Shown: positions 48,483 through 58,454, counted from the stretch's first letter. The stretch: DNA of 64,000 nt from Candidatus Aenigmatarchaeota archaeon (GCA_043824495.1 JBDRSV010000024.1:96001-160000), one strand, 5' to 3'. Numbers and translations: made by a program. Notes: a model not told the origin generated them from the letters alone.

Positions 48483-48650
48483 ATGAAGTGTAGTTTTTGT
48501 GGTGAAGCAATAAAAGAAGGAACTGGAAAGATGTTTGTTAGAACTGATGCTAGAGTTTTTCATTTCTGCGGTTCTAAGTGCCAGAAAAACCAGAGAATGG
48601 GTAGAGTAGGAAAGAACCTAAAGTGGACTAGTAAGTTCGAGAAGGGTTAA
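48483..48650 (+). CDS. rpl24e: 50S ribosomal protein L24e (below the ORF-track cutoff)
   Basis: MKCSFCG..I..GTGKMFV..D.....FC.SKC.KN..MGR.....KWT. Confidence 0.93.
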   Translation: MKCSFCGEAIKEGTGKMFVRTDARVFHFCGSKCQKNQRMGRVGKNLKWTSKFEKG

Positions 48651-48656
48651 TTTTGT

Positions 48657-48848
48657 ATGAGAAAATATACTCTTACTTTCAGAGATGATCCAACATTTCT
48701 ACTAGAAGAATCCGGTGTTGATGTTCTAGCTAATATGACAAAACCACCTGTACGATTTTATCCATCAGGTGATATTAGAAATGACCTTCCTGACTCAAGA
48801 GATTTTCTGCTTCAGATGCTTAGAGATCGTGGTTACGGGGACAGGTAA
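48657..48848 (+). CDS. Small hypothetical protein
   Basis: 63-aa ORF after L24e. Confidence 0.45.
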   Translation: MRKYTLTFRDDPTFLLEESGVDVLANMTKPPVRFYPSGDIRNDLPDSRDFLLQMLRDRGYGDR

Positions 48849-49598
48849 CTAAACAGATTCAATAAACTCTTTTTCTAAGAAGTGTAATTCACCAGGAATG
48901 AGTATTACTGATGGTGTTGTTTTGATATTTTTAGTTATCAATTCTTTTGCTTTACCTGAAACTATTTGTTGTTCTCCACCAATTTGATAAACACCTATAA
49001 CAAGAGTTTCTTCTGTTATTACGTCTTGTTTCTTTTCTTTTTCCATGTCTATGAGAATTTCTAACCCTTCTTTGACTGTCATGTATCTGTTTTCTTCTGA
49101 TTTTACATCAAGCAAAACAAGTGTGTGTAGGCCATTTTTCTTGTTTTTCTGAATTGTTTCATAACAACTTGTAGGTTTGTAATTATCTTGTGGATAAGCT
49201 ATAGTTGTGGTGGCTCCGAATTTGTATGGTTGTAAACCACTTTCTCCTATAGCTGAGTAAATACTAGAACCATGAATTACTTGAGTTTCAATTCCTGCTT
49301 TCTTTGCATCAAGAATAATAGATGTGTGTGTAGTTGCTACTAGAGCATCTCCACCTACTAGAATTCCTACGTTCTTTTCTTTTGCTTCCTTCAGAATTGT
49401 TTCAATACCCTCTTCTAAATCACTTCTTTTGATCTCTTTTACTGGTTTTCCTATTAGCTTATTTAGTTTCTTCTCGTCTATATTCATTCTGGTTGTGTAT
49501 AGTTCCAAGTAAAGAATGTCACATTTCTGAGCTGTTTCTAAAGCTCTGATACTCATATCTTTCTCATCATACAATCCAAGTGAAATTAAGTATAACAT
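48849..49598 (-). CDS. dph5: Diphthine synthase
   Basis: MLYLI.LGL....D, LE.YT, GD.L.ATTH, GLQ.YKFG, GLHTL.LLD. Confidence 0.96.
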   Translation of the reverse strand: MLYLISLGLYDEKDMSIRALETAQKCDILYLELYTTRMNIDEKKLNKLIGKPVKEIKRSDLEEGIETILKEAKEKNVGILVGGDALVATTHTSIILDAKKAGIETQVIHGSSIYSAIGESGLQPYKFGATTTIAYPQDNYKPTSCYETIQKNKKNGLHTLVLLDVKSEENRYMTVKEGLEILIDMEKEKKQDVITEETLVIGVYQIGGEQQIVSGKAKELITKNIKTTPSVILIPGELHFLEKEFIESV

Positions 49599-49697
49599 AT
49601 TTATCCCATCTGAGCAAGCAATCCCTTTCTTCTTACTCTCTTAAATGAATAGTAGTATAACGGTATTTAAAGAATAAGTTTTACCTGTTTAAATGTT

Positions 49698-50069
49698 TCA
49701 TGTATAAAGTGGTTTTAGATCATCTACAGGATACACACCAAGAGTTTTAATGTAGGTTCTAGTTCCTTTTAGTGAATAAGCGTGTCTGATGTGGACACCC
49801 AATCTTCTTTTAAATCCACCAAGTGTCGACTCTGCGCTAACTAGTTTATCAGAAAATTCATCTAGATCATATTCTGTTCCAAATGAAGCCAAATCGTCTC
49901 TTAATCTCCTACTTCTCTCTCTAGATGATATATTTATTTCTGCTGGATTTGTGTAATCTATTCCATGTTTTCCACAGAAATCGGATATCTGGGTAAGTGT
50001 AAGAAGATCATCCAGAAGAACTCCACTAGCTTCTCTTAGAAAAGCTGCTGTGTTATCGTTATTTGCCAT
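49698..50069 (-). CDS. Hypothetical protein
   Basis: Likely start ATG 50069. Confidence 0.55.
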   Translation of the reverse strand: MANNDNTAAFLREASGVLLDDLLTLTQISDFCGKHGIDYTNPAEINISSRERSRRLRDDLASFGTEYDLDEFSDKLVSAESTLGGFKRRLGVHIRHAYSLKGTRTYIKTLGVYPVDDLKPLYT

Positions 50070-50110
50070 ACGGAGTAATAATAAGAAATAATTTAAATAA
50101 GTTTTCCATG

Positions 50111-50392
50111 CTAAACAGAACCTATAATGATTAGAGCTACTACGATAACCAAAGCTAGCATAAGCATAAATATCTGTTTCCATGAACTGAAAAAGAATTT
50201 TGCCATGAAGAATAATATTATCAGTATTAGTACACCGGCTAGAATAGTTCCTTCTATACCTATGTTACTAACAGGGTTGAGAGAACCCATTAATTCTAGA
50301 AATAGACCAAAGATACCACTCAGTGTACTCATAGTGTTCCCTATAACAAGTTGTATCATTTCAAGTATCACAATCAATGGAGCATCTGCCAT
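50111..50392 (-). CDS. Small membrane protein
   Basis: Hydrophobic 93 aa. Confidence 0.65.
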   Translation of the reverse strand: MADAPLIVILEMIQLVIGNTMSTLSGIFGLFLELMGSLNPVSNIGIEGTILAGVLILIILFFMAKFFFSSWKQIFMLMLALVIVVALIIIGSV

Positions 50393-50417
50393 TGATTAAT
50401 AATTAGTCTGAGTGCAT

Positions 50418-51602
50418 TTATTTCTTTGTGAGGATCTCAACTATGTCTCCATCCTTGAGCTCGTACTCTGCACCCACTTTCTTACGATCTGTCTTCATTC
50501 CACCTATGAATTTATCTGCTAAATCTGTGTGGATTTTTCCAGCGAACTGTTTCAAATGAGTTCCTCTAGGAACTAAATGTACGTCTGGTAGAACATTTCC
50601 ATCTTTATCTGTCATTTTACCTATGTTTGTAACTGGATAAACAGCTATCATATCGAGTGTTTCAAAAACAGTATGATTCAATATATTTTGTATACCAGTA
50701 GATTCATATTTAACAAGAATTTTTTCTTTTATGAACTCTAAAGCTGAGATTTGTTTTGGTGTTAGTCTATGCGCAACAACTATCTCAAAGTCTTTATCTC
50801 CTGGATTATATTTGATGAAACCATGCTCATTAGCTTCTCTTAAAGCTAGTTCACACTCGGCTGTACATGGAATTATATGTTTATGTTTATCATGTAAAAG
50901 TTTGAAATTCTTCTGACCATCCTCTGTATCTATTTTATTTCCTGCTATCACAATAGGTTTGTTTCTTTTTCTTAGCTCACTTACTAAATGTATTAAATGA
51001 TCTTCTTTTGTGTGCACTTCTATGTCTAATTTCTTAACTTCGTCTCTAACAGTTTCATAATCTAATTGTAAACCTGACAATTGTTCGTAAATTAAATCTT
51101 CTAGTTTTGCATCAGTTGTTTCAGCTTTTTTAGAGAGTTGTTTCCAGTTGTTTTTTAATATTTGAAACATCCAATAATCTATTTCTCTAGGTAAGAAATG
51201 GATATCTTCTTCAGGATCATGCGAACCTGCTTTTACAGGATTACCTTCCCCGTCTGTTCCTCCAGATAGATCAACTACATGAATTAGTCCTGATGCTGTC
51301 ATAATGTCTGTTAGAAATTGATTACCTAAACCCTTTCCCTTATGTGCATCCGGAACAAGTCCTGCTATGTCTATAAGTCTGACTGGTATGTATCTAATTC
51401 CGTCAATACATTTAGAATTCTTAGGCTTGCAAGTAACTCCTTGTGTCTTACAAGGACATTCTGCTGTTACGTAAGCAACACCTTGGTTAGGTTTGATTGT
51501 TGTGAATATTCTGTTGCTTATTTCTATGTCTATCAGAGTAGCTGCTTTGAAGAATGTTGATTTACCTGTGTTTGATTTACCTACAACCCCTATTTGGATC
51601 AT
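50418..51602 (-). CDS. ychF: YchF/Obg-family GTPase/ATPase with TGS domain
   Basis: GK.N.GKSTFF.A.T, FTTI.PN.G, DIAGLVP.AH.G.GLGNQFL, NK.D. Confidence 0.95.
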   Translation of the reverse strand: MIQIGVVGKSNTGKSTFFKAATLIDIEISNRIFTTIKPNQGVAYVTAECPCKTQGVTCKPKNSKCIDGIRYIPVRLIDIAGLVPDAHKGKGLGNQFLTDIMTASGLIHVVDLSGGTDGEGNPVKAGSHDPEEDIHFLPREIDYWMFQILKNNWKQLSKKAETTDAKLEDLIYEQLSGLQLDYETVRDEVKKLDIEVHTKEDHLIHLVSELRKRNKPIVIAGNKIDTEDGQKNFKLLHDKHKHIIPCTAECELALREANEHGFIKYNPGDKDFEIVVAHRLTPKQISALEFIKEKILVKYESTGIQNILNHTVFETLDMIAVYPVTNIGKMTDKDGNVLPDVHLVPRGTHLKQFAGKIHTDLADKFIGGMKTDRKKVGAEYELKDGDIVEILTKK

Positions 51603-51637
51603 ATGATATATTTATTTAGTAAATTTAAAAACGATTC

Positions 51638-52006
51638 ATGGGCTTCAATTCCGGTAACCAGTTCAGAATTGCAGGTATACTTTTGATATTGGAAACTATA
51701 GCTCTTCTATATTTCTCTATCGTTCCGTATGCATCTATAGACACTGGGATAGAAGCATTGCGCCTCGGAGACTTCGAACACTTGATGGCTTATCTCATCT
51801 ATGCTCTTTTAGCTGAGCGAGTATTAAGTCAGACAAAATTCAAGAAGCATAGAGTTATACTAGCATTCTTAATTGCAGCAGCTTTTGGTGGAATAAATGA
51901 GGTTATACAATCTTTCATTCCTTTGAGAGAAGCAGATATGATTGATTTAGCCTTTGATACTGTTGGTTCTGTCATCGGTAGCTTTTTGCTTGGTCTTAAG
52001 AAATGA
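51638..52006 (+). CDS. VanZ-like membrane protein
   Basis: D.EH..AY, E..Q.FIP.R.....D...D..G. Confidence 0.85.
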   Translation: MGFNSGNQFRIAGILLILETIALLYFSIVPYASIDTGIEALRLGDFEHLMAYLIYALLAERVLSQTKFKKHRVILAFLIAAAFGGINEVIQSFIPLREADMIDLAFDTVGSVIGSFLLGLKK

Positions 52007-52020
52007 TTTTTTATAACCTT

Positions 52021-52046
52021 CTATATCCCTTTAAATAGACAATATA
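52021..52046. repeat. Block-end motif, copy 6 (block E)
   Basis: CTATATCCCTTTAAATAGACAATATA. Confidence 0.85.
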
Positions 52047-52048
52047 AA

Positions 52049-52085
52049 GGGGAAAGTGTGATTGGTGGTCACACTTTTTCTCCCC
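52049..52085 (-). terminator. Terminal hairpin of block E
   Basis: GGGGA-AAGTGTGA...TCACACTT-TCCCC; TTT follows on the minus strand. Confidence 0.65.
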
Positions 52086-52118
52086 TTGTAGCACCCGGAG
52101 AAGCTGCTCGCGTTGCAG

Positions 52119-52549
52119 TTAATCGTCGAGGTCGAGATCCTGAATGGGACCGTCTGCGGGATCGATCGCCTTGTCGGTACATGTGAACTCATTGCCGTGA
52201 CCCTCACCGAAGTTGGCTCGGGCCGTGATCTGGAACGTGCCGTCTGTTGACGCCGCGGGGACAATTGTGGTAGGCGAAGTAACCGCGAAGAACATTGTGT
52301 CCTTGGACCCACTGGCAGGAGCAGGTTTGAACTCGATCGTTGTGTCGCTGTCGCCATAGTCGAAGCGGGCAGCGGGAGCCAATGAGCGAGTTAAACTGCT
52401 ACTGCGAAAGGCTTCAATGCCTCCGGACAAACCGAGGTCGATAGCCTTGTCCCTGGCGATCTTCTCGATTGTTGTGCTTCTTACGTCTACTTTTACATCA
52501 TTCAGAACTGTGTCCCCGAACTTCAGGTTGATTTTAATGCTGTCGGCCA
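52119..52549 (-). CDS. Hypothetical protein
   Basis: SD GGAGGGG before GTG 52549. Confidence 0.65.
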
Positions 52550-52591
52550 CGATACCCCTCCGTTTCTGCGTGATCAATGTCACGTCTGTGA

Positions 52592-53137
52592 TTAGTCCTT
52601 CTCAGCCTTCTGAAGTTTCAGACAAATGGTCTCACCGTCAGTTGCGTGGTCGTAGTCAAATGTAGTCGCAAATTTGGCGCTCCCGATCTTGATTCGAGCG
52701 TGAATCTGACACTTCTTGGGAATACTCGGGAGAGTTATCTCCCCACGAATGATCGTAGAGCCGCCTTCAGTGTCCTCATCATCTATCTTGAAGTAGACGA
52801 TGGTCCCATTCGGAGTTGCGATACAGTCATCGCCGTGGCATACTTCGGCTTTGACGGTGACTGAAGCACGAACAAAGTCGAGATCGAAATCGGTGTTCCC
52901 ATCAGCCGTGTCATAATCCAGACGTGCTTCGTACAACTCGCCGTCGATTGTTACGAATGCTTCAAGCGATCCAGCCGCGAGGACGCCCATTAAGACGATG
53001 ATACCGTTTTCTTTCACGGTGGCACGATTTTCTTCGCTTGCGTCGCCTGCGTCATTACCAAATAATACTGAGATGCCTTTTGGTATTAGCTCAGTATCTT
53101 CGTAATAGGCGGTCAGTTGAAGTGTCGTTTTATCCAT
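52592..53137 (-). CDS. Hypothetical protein, tandem beta-sandwich-like domains
   Basis: SD GGAGGGCAAAGGA; two similar halves. Confidence 0.7.
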   Translation of the reverse strand: MDKTTLQLTAYYEDTELIPKGISVLFGNDAGDASEENRATVKENGIIVLMGVLAAGSLEAFVTIDGELYEARLDYDTADGNTDFDLDFVRASVTVKAEVCHGDDCIATPNGTIVYFKIDDEDTEGGSTIIRGEITLPSIPKKCQIHARIKIGSAKFATTFDYDHATDGETICLKLQKAEKD

Positions 53138-53182
53138 TTATCCTTTGCCCTCCTTGTATGGTTTGCCTGTTCCATATAGGCG

Positions 53183-54085
53183 TTATAAACTGACTGTCAC
53201 AAGAATGTGGTGTGACTTGTCCCCATATTCACTTTGGCGCATTGGCAAGAGCATTACTCTACCAATCTTGCCTCCTATATAGTACCAGGAGGATTTAACA
53301 CCGAACTCGTATCCGCCTCCGAGAAGAAGGAGGTATTTCCCATGCTGCCAGGCAAACGCCTTGTCAGCACCGATTCCAACATTTCCGGATTTCGTATCAC
53401 CGAAGGTCTCAAAGCCCAGGCCGTGGAAGAGGCCAACAGAACTAGAGAAGACCCATTTACCCTTTCTGAAGTTCTGGTAGGCATCGAATCGTGTAGCTTG
53501 AATTCTTGCAGATCTCAGAAAACCGAGAACTGATGATTCTTTGTGATTAAGTTTCCATTCAAACCTGGTTCCAAAGTCCAAGTCCCACATGTTCTGGGAT
53601 GGTTCGGTGATCCATATGGGACCGCCAGGAATGTACTCGGTTCCGGGAGCAATGAAATTGACAGTTCTCGTTCTCACCCAGATTCTTCGAGCCCCGATAG
53701 CAAGTCGAAATTTTCCAGGAAGAACTCCGAGAGCAAACCGAATATTCGTCGTTGTGGCGATTTTTTGGAAGTCGGTCTGTGCAGGTGGTACGCCTTCTGA
53801 TTGAGTGTAACCACCGAGACCCATTAGAGTAAAGCTAGTCTCGGTACCCAGTGGGCGGAGAAGGAACGGGAGCTTGTACGAGGCTCCAGATTCTATTACC
53901 CAGAAATCTGTCCGCGAACCATACATCCCGTCTGTTGGGGTCTTGAGAATGTAGGTGAAGACTGACGAGTTGTCGTAAATTGGTGGTGGTTTGGCATCCA
54001 CTTTCACCGGAGACACTACCACCACAAACAGTGTCACTGCTGCGATGATGTTACGCATCGAGACCCTCGCGATAACTTTATGCAT
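53183..54085 (-). CDS. Secreted protein resembling an outer-membrane beta-barrel
   Basis: Signal peptide; alternating Gly/aromatic strands; ends in a strand-like HHILVTVSL. Confidence 0.6.
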   Translation of the reverse strand: MHKVIARVSMRNIIAAVTLFVVVVSPVKVDAKPPPIYDNSSVFTYILKTPTDGMYGSRTDFWVIESGASYKLPFLLRPLGTETSFTLMGLGGYTQSEGVPPAQTDFQKIATTTNIRFALGVLPGKFRLAIGARRIWVRTRTVNFIAPGTEYIPGGPIWITEPSQNMWDLDFGTRFEWKLNHKESSVLGFLRSARIQATRFDAYQNFRKGKWVFSSSVGLFHGLGFETFGDTKSGNVGIGADKAFAWQHGKYLLLLGGGYEFGVKSSWYYIGGKIGRVMLLPMRQSEYGDKSHHILVTVSL

Positions 54086-54318
54086 CGAAACCCCCTTGGC
54101 TGAACGCCGTGACCGAGTCTATAGAAATCTCTCTACTTCTATCTCAACACGAAAGACGATTTACTTGACTTTCGTGATTAAGTGGTTACCTAAATACAAA
54201 TACCAGCACTGAGATGAGATTAATCTTCTCAGATAAATGCTGGGTTAAAGGTGTGTTTAGTTGAAAAACATGAATATAGAGGATTCTTGATAATAAACTT
54301 TTAAAAAGTAGGTGAACC

Positions 54319-55146
54319 TTAAAATAGGCCGAATTTCTTCTTTTTGAACTGTTTATAGAATTCTGTCTGAGTTTTGATGGTAAATGTTTGTGTTATTGAG
54401 ATTCCCAATAACATTATTATTGCTCCTATTATTATGCTAACAGATCCTGATTGTAATGCTTTGAATAGTTCTGCTTCACTTCCGCCCATCATTGCGGCTG
54501 GTCCCAATGCTAGTGCAATTGCTCCTAATAATGGTAATGAGAATATGAATAATATTACCAACACAAGAAGTGTGATTATTATCCAAATTAAAATTACACG
54601 AAGAGGACTCTTTGTGACTATGTGGTAAGAGTCTTTTAGGGAATTGAGTATTCCATTCTTCTTAATGACTAATGACTGTAAGCTGAAGAAGAACAGTATT
54701 GAGATTATTACAGATACTATGGTTGATAGAACAGGACCAGCAAATGGTATTGCTCCGGCTATGGTACTGAAAATCATTGATATTATTGATATTAGTATAA
54801 CCAAACCTAAACCTGGTAAGAATTTAGAGTAACCAACACTCCAGCTCTTACTCACTTCCTTTTCTTTATCGCTCTGATGTATAAGAGCTATTGTTAAGTA
54901 TAGATTTAGTAATGTCCATACAGCAAACAAGAACACAAGTGAGACGATGAATCCACCTAAACTAAACAGAGCAAGTGGGTTTATAGCAGCTTCAGTTATC
55001 ACAGATAATATTGATTCTAAATTAGTTGCTGCGAGACCAAATGCTACTAAGAAGAATACTAAATGGAGTATGAAAAATGGTAACCATCTTCGAGGTGAAA
55101 ACCCGAATTTGAATCCCTTCTCCAATGCATCTCCATAATTGAGCAT
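54319..55146 (-). CDS. Multi-pass membrane protein (glycerophosphoryl diester PDE membrane-domain-like)
   Basis: Six TM helices; ..SL..SY..V...PLR pattern. Confidence 0.7.
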   Translation of the reverse strand: MLNYGDALEKGFKFGFSPRRWLPFFILHLVFFLVAFGLAATNLESILSVITEAAINPLALFSLGGFIVSLVFLFAVWTLLNLYLTIALIHQSDKEKEVSKSWSVGYSKFLPGLGLVILISIISMIFSTIAGAIPFAGPVLSTIVSVIISILFFFSLQSLVIKKNGILNSLKDSYHIVTKSPLRVILIWIIITLLVLVILFIFSLPLLGAIALALGPAAMMGGSEAELFKALQSGSVSIIIGAIIMLLGISITQTFTIKTQTEFYKQFKKKKFGLF

Positions 55147-55160
55147 AATTATACTTTACC

Positions 55161-55508
55161 TTACTTTCTTATAAACATTGATTTTCGCTTATCTATTATT
55201 ATAATGTAACCTATTATTGCAAAGAATAGCATAACCAATGTATATGGGAATAGTATTCCGGTTATGAAAAACAGATAACCTATAAATCCCCCAACAATAG
55301 CGAATATGACAACTGTCCACCCATAAAAATTCCCATCAGATGGCATTACAGCTTCAATTAAAACTAATAGACCGACAACGAAAACTATAGAACTTATGAA
55401 TAAATCGAGAGCGCCAAATACACCTGAAAAAAGTAAAGCCCCAGCAACAAATCCCTTTGCTGCACTCTTGGGATGAAAAAATGGTTGTTCAATCATATAC
55501 CTATCCAT
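55161..55508 (-). CDS. Membrane hypothetical protein
   Basis: Hydrophobic; likely start ATG 55508. Confidence 0.65.
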   Translation of the reverse strand: MDRYMIEQPFFHPKSAAKGFVAGALLFSGVFGALDLFISSIVFVVGLLVLIEAVMPSDGNFYGWTVVIFAIVGGFIGYLFFITGILFPYTLVMLFFAIIGYIIIIDKRKSMFIRK

Positions 55509-56016
55509 AAACCCCATGTGAAGTTGGTGTGTCTGTCTTTTCAATAGCAAAATAATCTTTGATTCCATTTCTGTAATTGAGTATTAAATTTCTACACTTT
55601 GCTATGTAACCTTGTCTAACTCTATCGTAAAACAAATAGGAATACATGTACCATATAGGTTTTAAGATAATACTTTTGCCACCAAAACTTGTTCTAATAG
55701 CGCCTTGTAGTTGTAAACTAAAATCTCCAGATTTGTCTTTTTTTGATGTGTGCCCTTGAACTTTTATTTTTATGTAAGCATCAGAATGTCTACTGAGTTT
55801 TACTCTCACCCACCATTTAGAGAAAAAAGAAGTTGGATCACTTGAAACGTCCCAATTAAGTTGTGTTTGAGCAGTACCTGAGGAACTCACGTGGAAAAAT
55901 GGCTTTAGACTTCCCGATATTCTTTTAACAACATCAAATGAATTTGGACCTTGGTATTTAACATAGCTAAATCTGTCTGGTGCAAGACAGTCATCTTGAA
56001 TTTGCAACTTTCCCAT
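55501..56016 (-). CDS. Hypothetical protein (paralog of 56024-56563)
   Basis: Shared L.I.DDC / Y..LFY...R..Y pattern. Confidence 0.75.
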   Translation of the reverse strand: MGKLQIQDDCLAPDRFSYVKYQGPNSFDVVKRISGSLKPFFHVSSSGTAQTQLNWDVSSDPTSFFSKWWVRVKLSRHSDAYIKIKVQGHTSKKDKSGDFSLQLQGAIRTSFGGKSIILKPIWYMYSYLFYDRVRQGYIAKCRNLILNYRNGIKDYFAIEKTDTPTSHGVYG

Positions 56017-56023
56017 AATTACC

Positions 56024-56563
56024 TCAGCTCGTTTCTACTTTAACATCTTCTGAGTTCTTGTTTAATTCCTCGAAGAATTCTCTCATTTTTCTTTGTAAAT
56101 AAACAGTCATGTGTCTACAGTCTTCTGCATACTCTTCTCTTTTTCCGTGATAGAATAATCTATGCCAAAGAGTTCTCATCATTTCGTAAAATAATGTTCT
56201 TTGCCATATTGTATCTTGTGGATATTCTGTTCTTAATAGGCCCCTGATATCTATTTTTGCATTCCCCGTCTTCTCATTTCCTTGTGCAGATAGGTCTATT
56301 CTAACAAAAAGATATGTGTTCAAATCCATATCTTTGTGTATCCACCATCGTACCTTTATCTTATCTCCCTCTTTACCTTTTCCGTAAGAATAATCAGTTT
56401 CTTGTATATCGCTATCAGCGACTTTGAATATATTTTTCATGCCTTCGTATAGGCCGTTATAGAGCTTGATTACGTTCGGACCAACAAACTTCATTGTTAT
56501 TCCACCTGGCTCTTCCTCAAAGCAATTGTCCTCCATAACTAACTTTGTTCTTGCAAAAACCAT
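56024..56563 (-). CDS. Hypothetical protein (paralog of 55501-56016)
   Basis: L.MEDNC, W.RLFY..KREEY. Confidence 0.75.
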   Translation of the reverse strand: MVFARTKLVMEDNCFEEEPGGITMKFVGPNVIKLYNGLYEGMKNIFKVADSDIQETDYSYGKGKEGDKIKVRWWIHKDMDLNTYLFVRIDLSAQGNEKTGNAKIDIRGLLRTEYPQDTIWQRTLFYEMMRTLWHRLFYHGKREEYAEDCRHMTVYLQRKMREFFEELNKNSEDVKVETS

Positions 56564-56587
56564 TAAATCACCAACTTATGTATTTAT

Positions 56588-56797
56588 TTGTCTCTAGGAA
56601 ATAAATATAAGTATAGGTGTTCTATGTTTGGATTGATAGGTATCATTGTAGGAATTCTAATGTTCCTTATTGGAGTATTTTTATTTTTCTTTTTTCCGTC
56701 GAATGCGTCTCATCAGTCAAGTAGTTTCGCTCTAACGGGTATTTTAATAGGACTCTTGTTAATGATTATAGGTGCAGTTTTAATATTTTTACCGTAG
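56588..56797 (+). CDS. Small two-TM protein
   Basis: Hydrophobic hairpin. Confidence 0.6.
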   Translation: MSLGNKYKYRCSMFGLIGIIVGILMFLIGVFLFFFFPSNASHQSSSFALTGILIGLLLMIIGAVLIFLP

Positions 56798-56804
56798 GTG
56801 AATT

Positions 56805-58355
56805 ATGGGATTAATAATAGATGACTTTAGGGATTGGGCAATGGAGTCAGGACCTTTGACAGGCACAGCTGTATGTGGATCTCCTTTCGAAATGCAGATA
56901 ATTTTAGATTATACAGGACTTAGGGGAAGCGGTTCTAACATATATTATTCTCTAATATACCAAGCACCTAAATGGAACTTCAAGGTCAAAAAAGTAGACG
57001 AATGGATAGAAGTTACACCAGCTTTTGCTGATTATTATAATATAACTATTGCACAAAAGCAAAAGATAGAGGGTGCAATTAAATCTGGGTTAGCTTCTGC
57101 TTCCCAATCTGTTGCTGATTATGAACTACTTGCTCACGATGCAAGAAGATATAGAGAAATAATAGATTATTTCAAGGAGGGTCAAAAAGACGATCATGTT
57201 CTACGTTCTCTGTTCCTTGACAGAGTGGATGTGTATACAGGAGATAATTACTCTCTTGTTACAATGGCTAAGAGGTGGCCAACAATAATAACTGATTTCA
57301 TAAGAATGGAGAGTGCTTGGACGAATCCAGACATAATTCCGGAGGATAAGCAAGTTAAGCTCATAATGAATAATCTTGATGTTTCTCAAGCTGAAGCTAC
57401 TATTCTGAAAACAAAGAATCAGCTGTTCAGAAAGTGGAAAGTAATGTTTTTCCCTGTTGTTAAGGATAGATATGCAAGAATACAGGCCATGGTTGAAGCA
57501 AGAAGAAAATCAATTGACGAATACAAGAACTGGCTTAAACCGTATGTGGCTAAATACAGAATGATAAGAGAGAAAACCGAATTAAATCCAAAAGAATATG
57601 TTTCAAATGCTTATATGACTCCTGGTTTTGGTCAATCCCAAGCATCTACAGGAGTAAGATTATGGTTCTTTAAAGTGTTCCCTCCAGAACAAATGGGTAA
57701 ATCAGAATCAGTTAGAAGTGACGGAAAATTCATGATAAATCCTTATGATGACTTAGTCAAAGAGTGGAAAAAGAAAATAGAAGAAAAGTATGGCGTTGAA
57801 ATAACAGATGACGAAGTAAAAAAACTCCTCAAAGAAAAATCATCAGGAGACAATCCTGAAATGGATCCTGGTGAGATATATTATATTCTAATAGACCTGA
57901 ATATAGAACTTGCTCTAACCAAAACACCTCCTCCACAAGGGTCAGAACAAGACAATTTGATGTTTAAACCTGTGAGAGCATGGGTAATGTCTCAGAATGT
58001 TTTGTTAATTCATTTACTTGAAATATATGCAATAGAGAAAAGTTTTGATAAATATGTAAATGAGATGGTTGGAGCTCCTAGTATAGAAAAAAATATTCTA
58101 GAAAATATAGAAAAGGAGTTTGAGGAGCCTAAAACAGAGAAAATGACAGGATTGAAAAACGCTGGAAGAAAGATCAATAGAGCTGGAAGAATATTTAGGA
58201 AGGGTGGAGAAAAGATATTTTACGTGTTTGTAAAGAAAGGTCCATATGAAACCGTTTTCGAGGAAAGAGTATCAAAGATGTATATGCGTGGTGCTGGTGG
58301 ACAGTATGGTAGGGTAATAGGCTTCATACAACAAAAAATGGGCGTTGGTAATTAG
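56805..58355 (+). CDS. Conserved hypothetical protein, helical
   Basis: 516-aa ORF, host composition. Confidence 0.85.
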   Translation: MGLIIDDFRDWAMESGPLTGTAVCGSPFEMQIILDYTGLRGSGSNIYYSLIYQAPKWNFKVKKVDEWIEVTPAFADYYNITIAQKQKIEGAIKSGLASASQSVADYELLAHDARRYREIIDYFKEGQKDDHVLRSLFLDRVDVYTGDNYSLVTMAKRWPTIITDFIRMESAWTNPDIIPEDKQVKLIMNNLDVSQAEATILKTKNQLFRKWKVMFFPVVKDRYARIQAMVEARRKSIDEYKNWLKPYVAKYRMIREKTELNPKEYVSNAYMTPGFGQSQASTGVRLWFFKVFPPEQMGKSESVRSDGKFMINPYDDLVKEWKKKIEEKYGVEITDDEVKKLLKEKSSGDNPEMDPGEIYYILIDLNIELALTKTPPPQGSEQDNLMFKPVRAWVMSQNVLLIHLLEIYAIEKSFDKYVNEMVGAPSIEKNILENIEKEFEEPKTEKMTGLKNAGRKINRAGRIFRKGGEKIFYVFVKKGPYETVFEERVSKMYMRGAGGQYGRVIGFIQQKMGVGN

Positions 58356-58454
58356 TTTAGAATTTTCTTTTCGTAGTGGTTTATATAAACTGAAATCAAT
58401 ATACATTCAGCTATTGGTATAAACTTTATAAACTAATAATTTGTTTATCAAACA

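Larger units (their letters stand above)
52021..54314 (-). other. Foreign block E (three genes); distal end approximate
   Basis: Sharp GC shift between AT-rich convergent host genes. Confidence 0.7.

Noticed and set aside
52021-52046. Motif as an archaeal TATA promoter or Xer dif site
   Set aside because: Copies at 12714 and 52021 face the 3' ends of convergent genes, and arm symmetry around TTAA is only about 5/10
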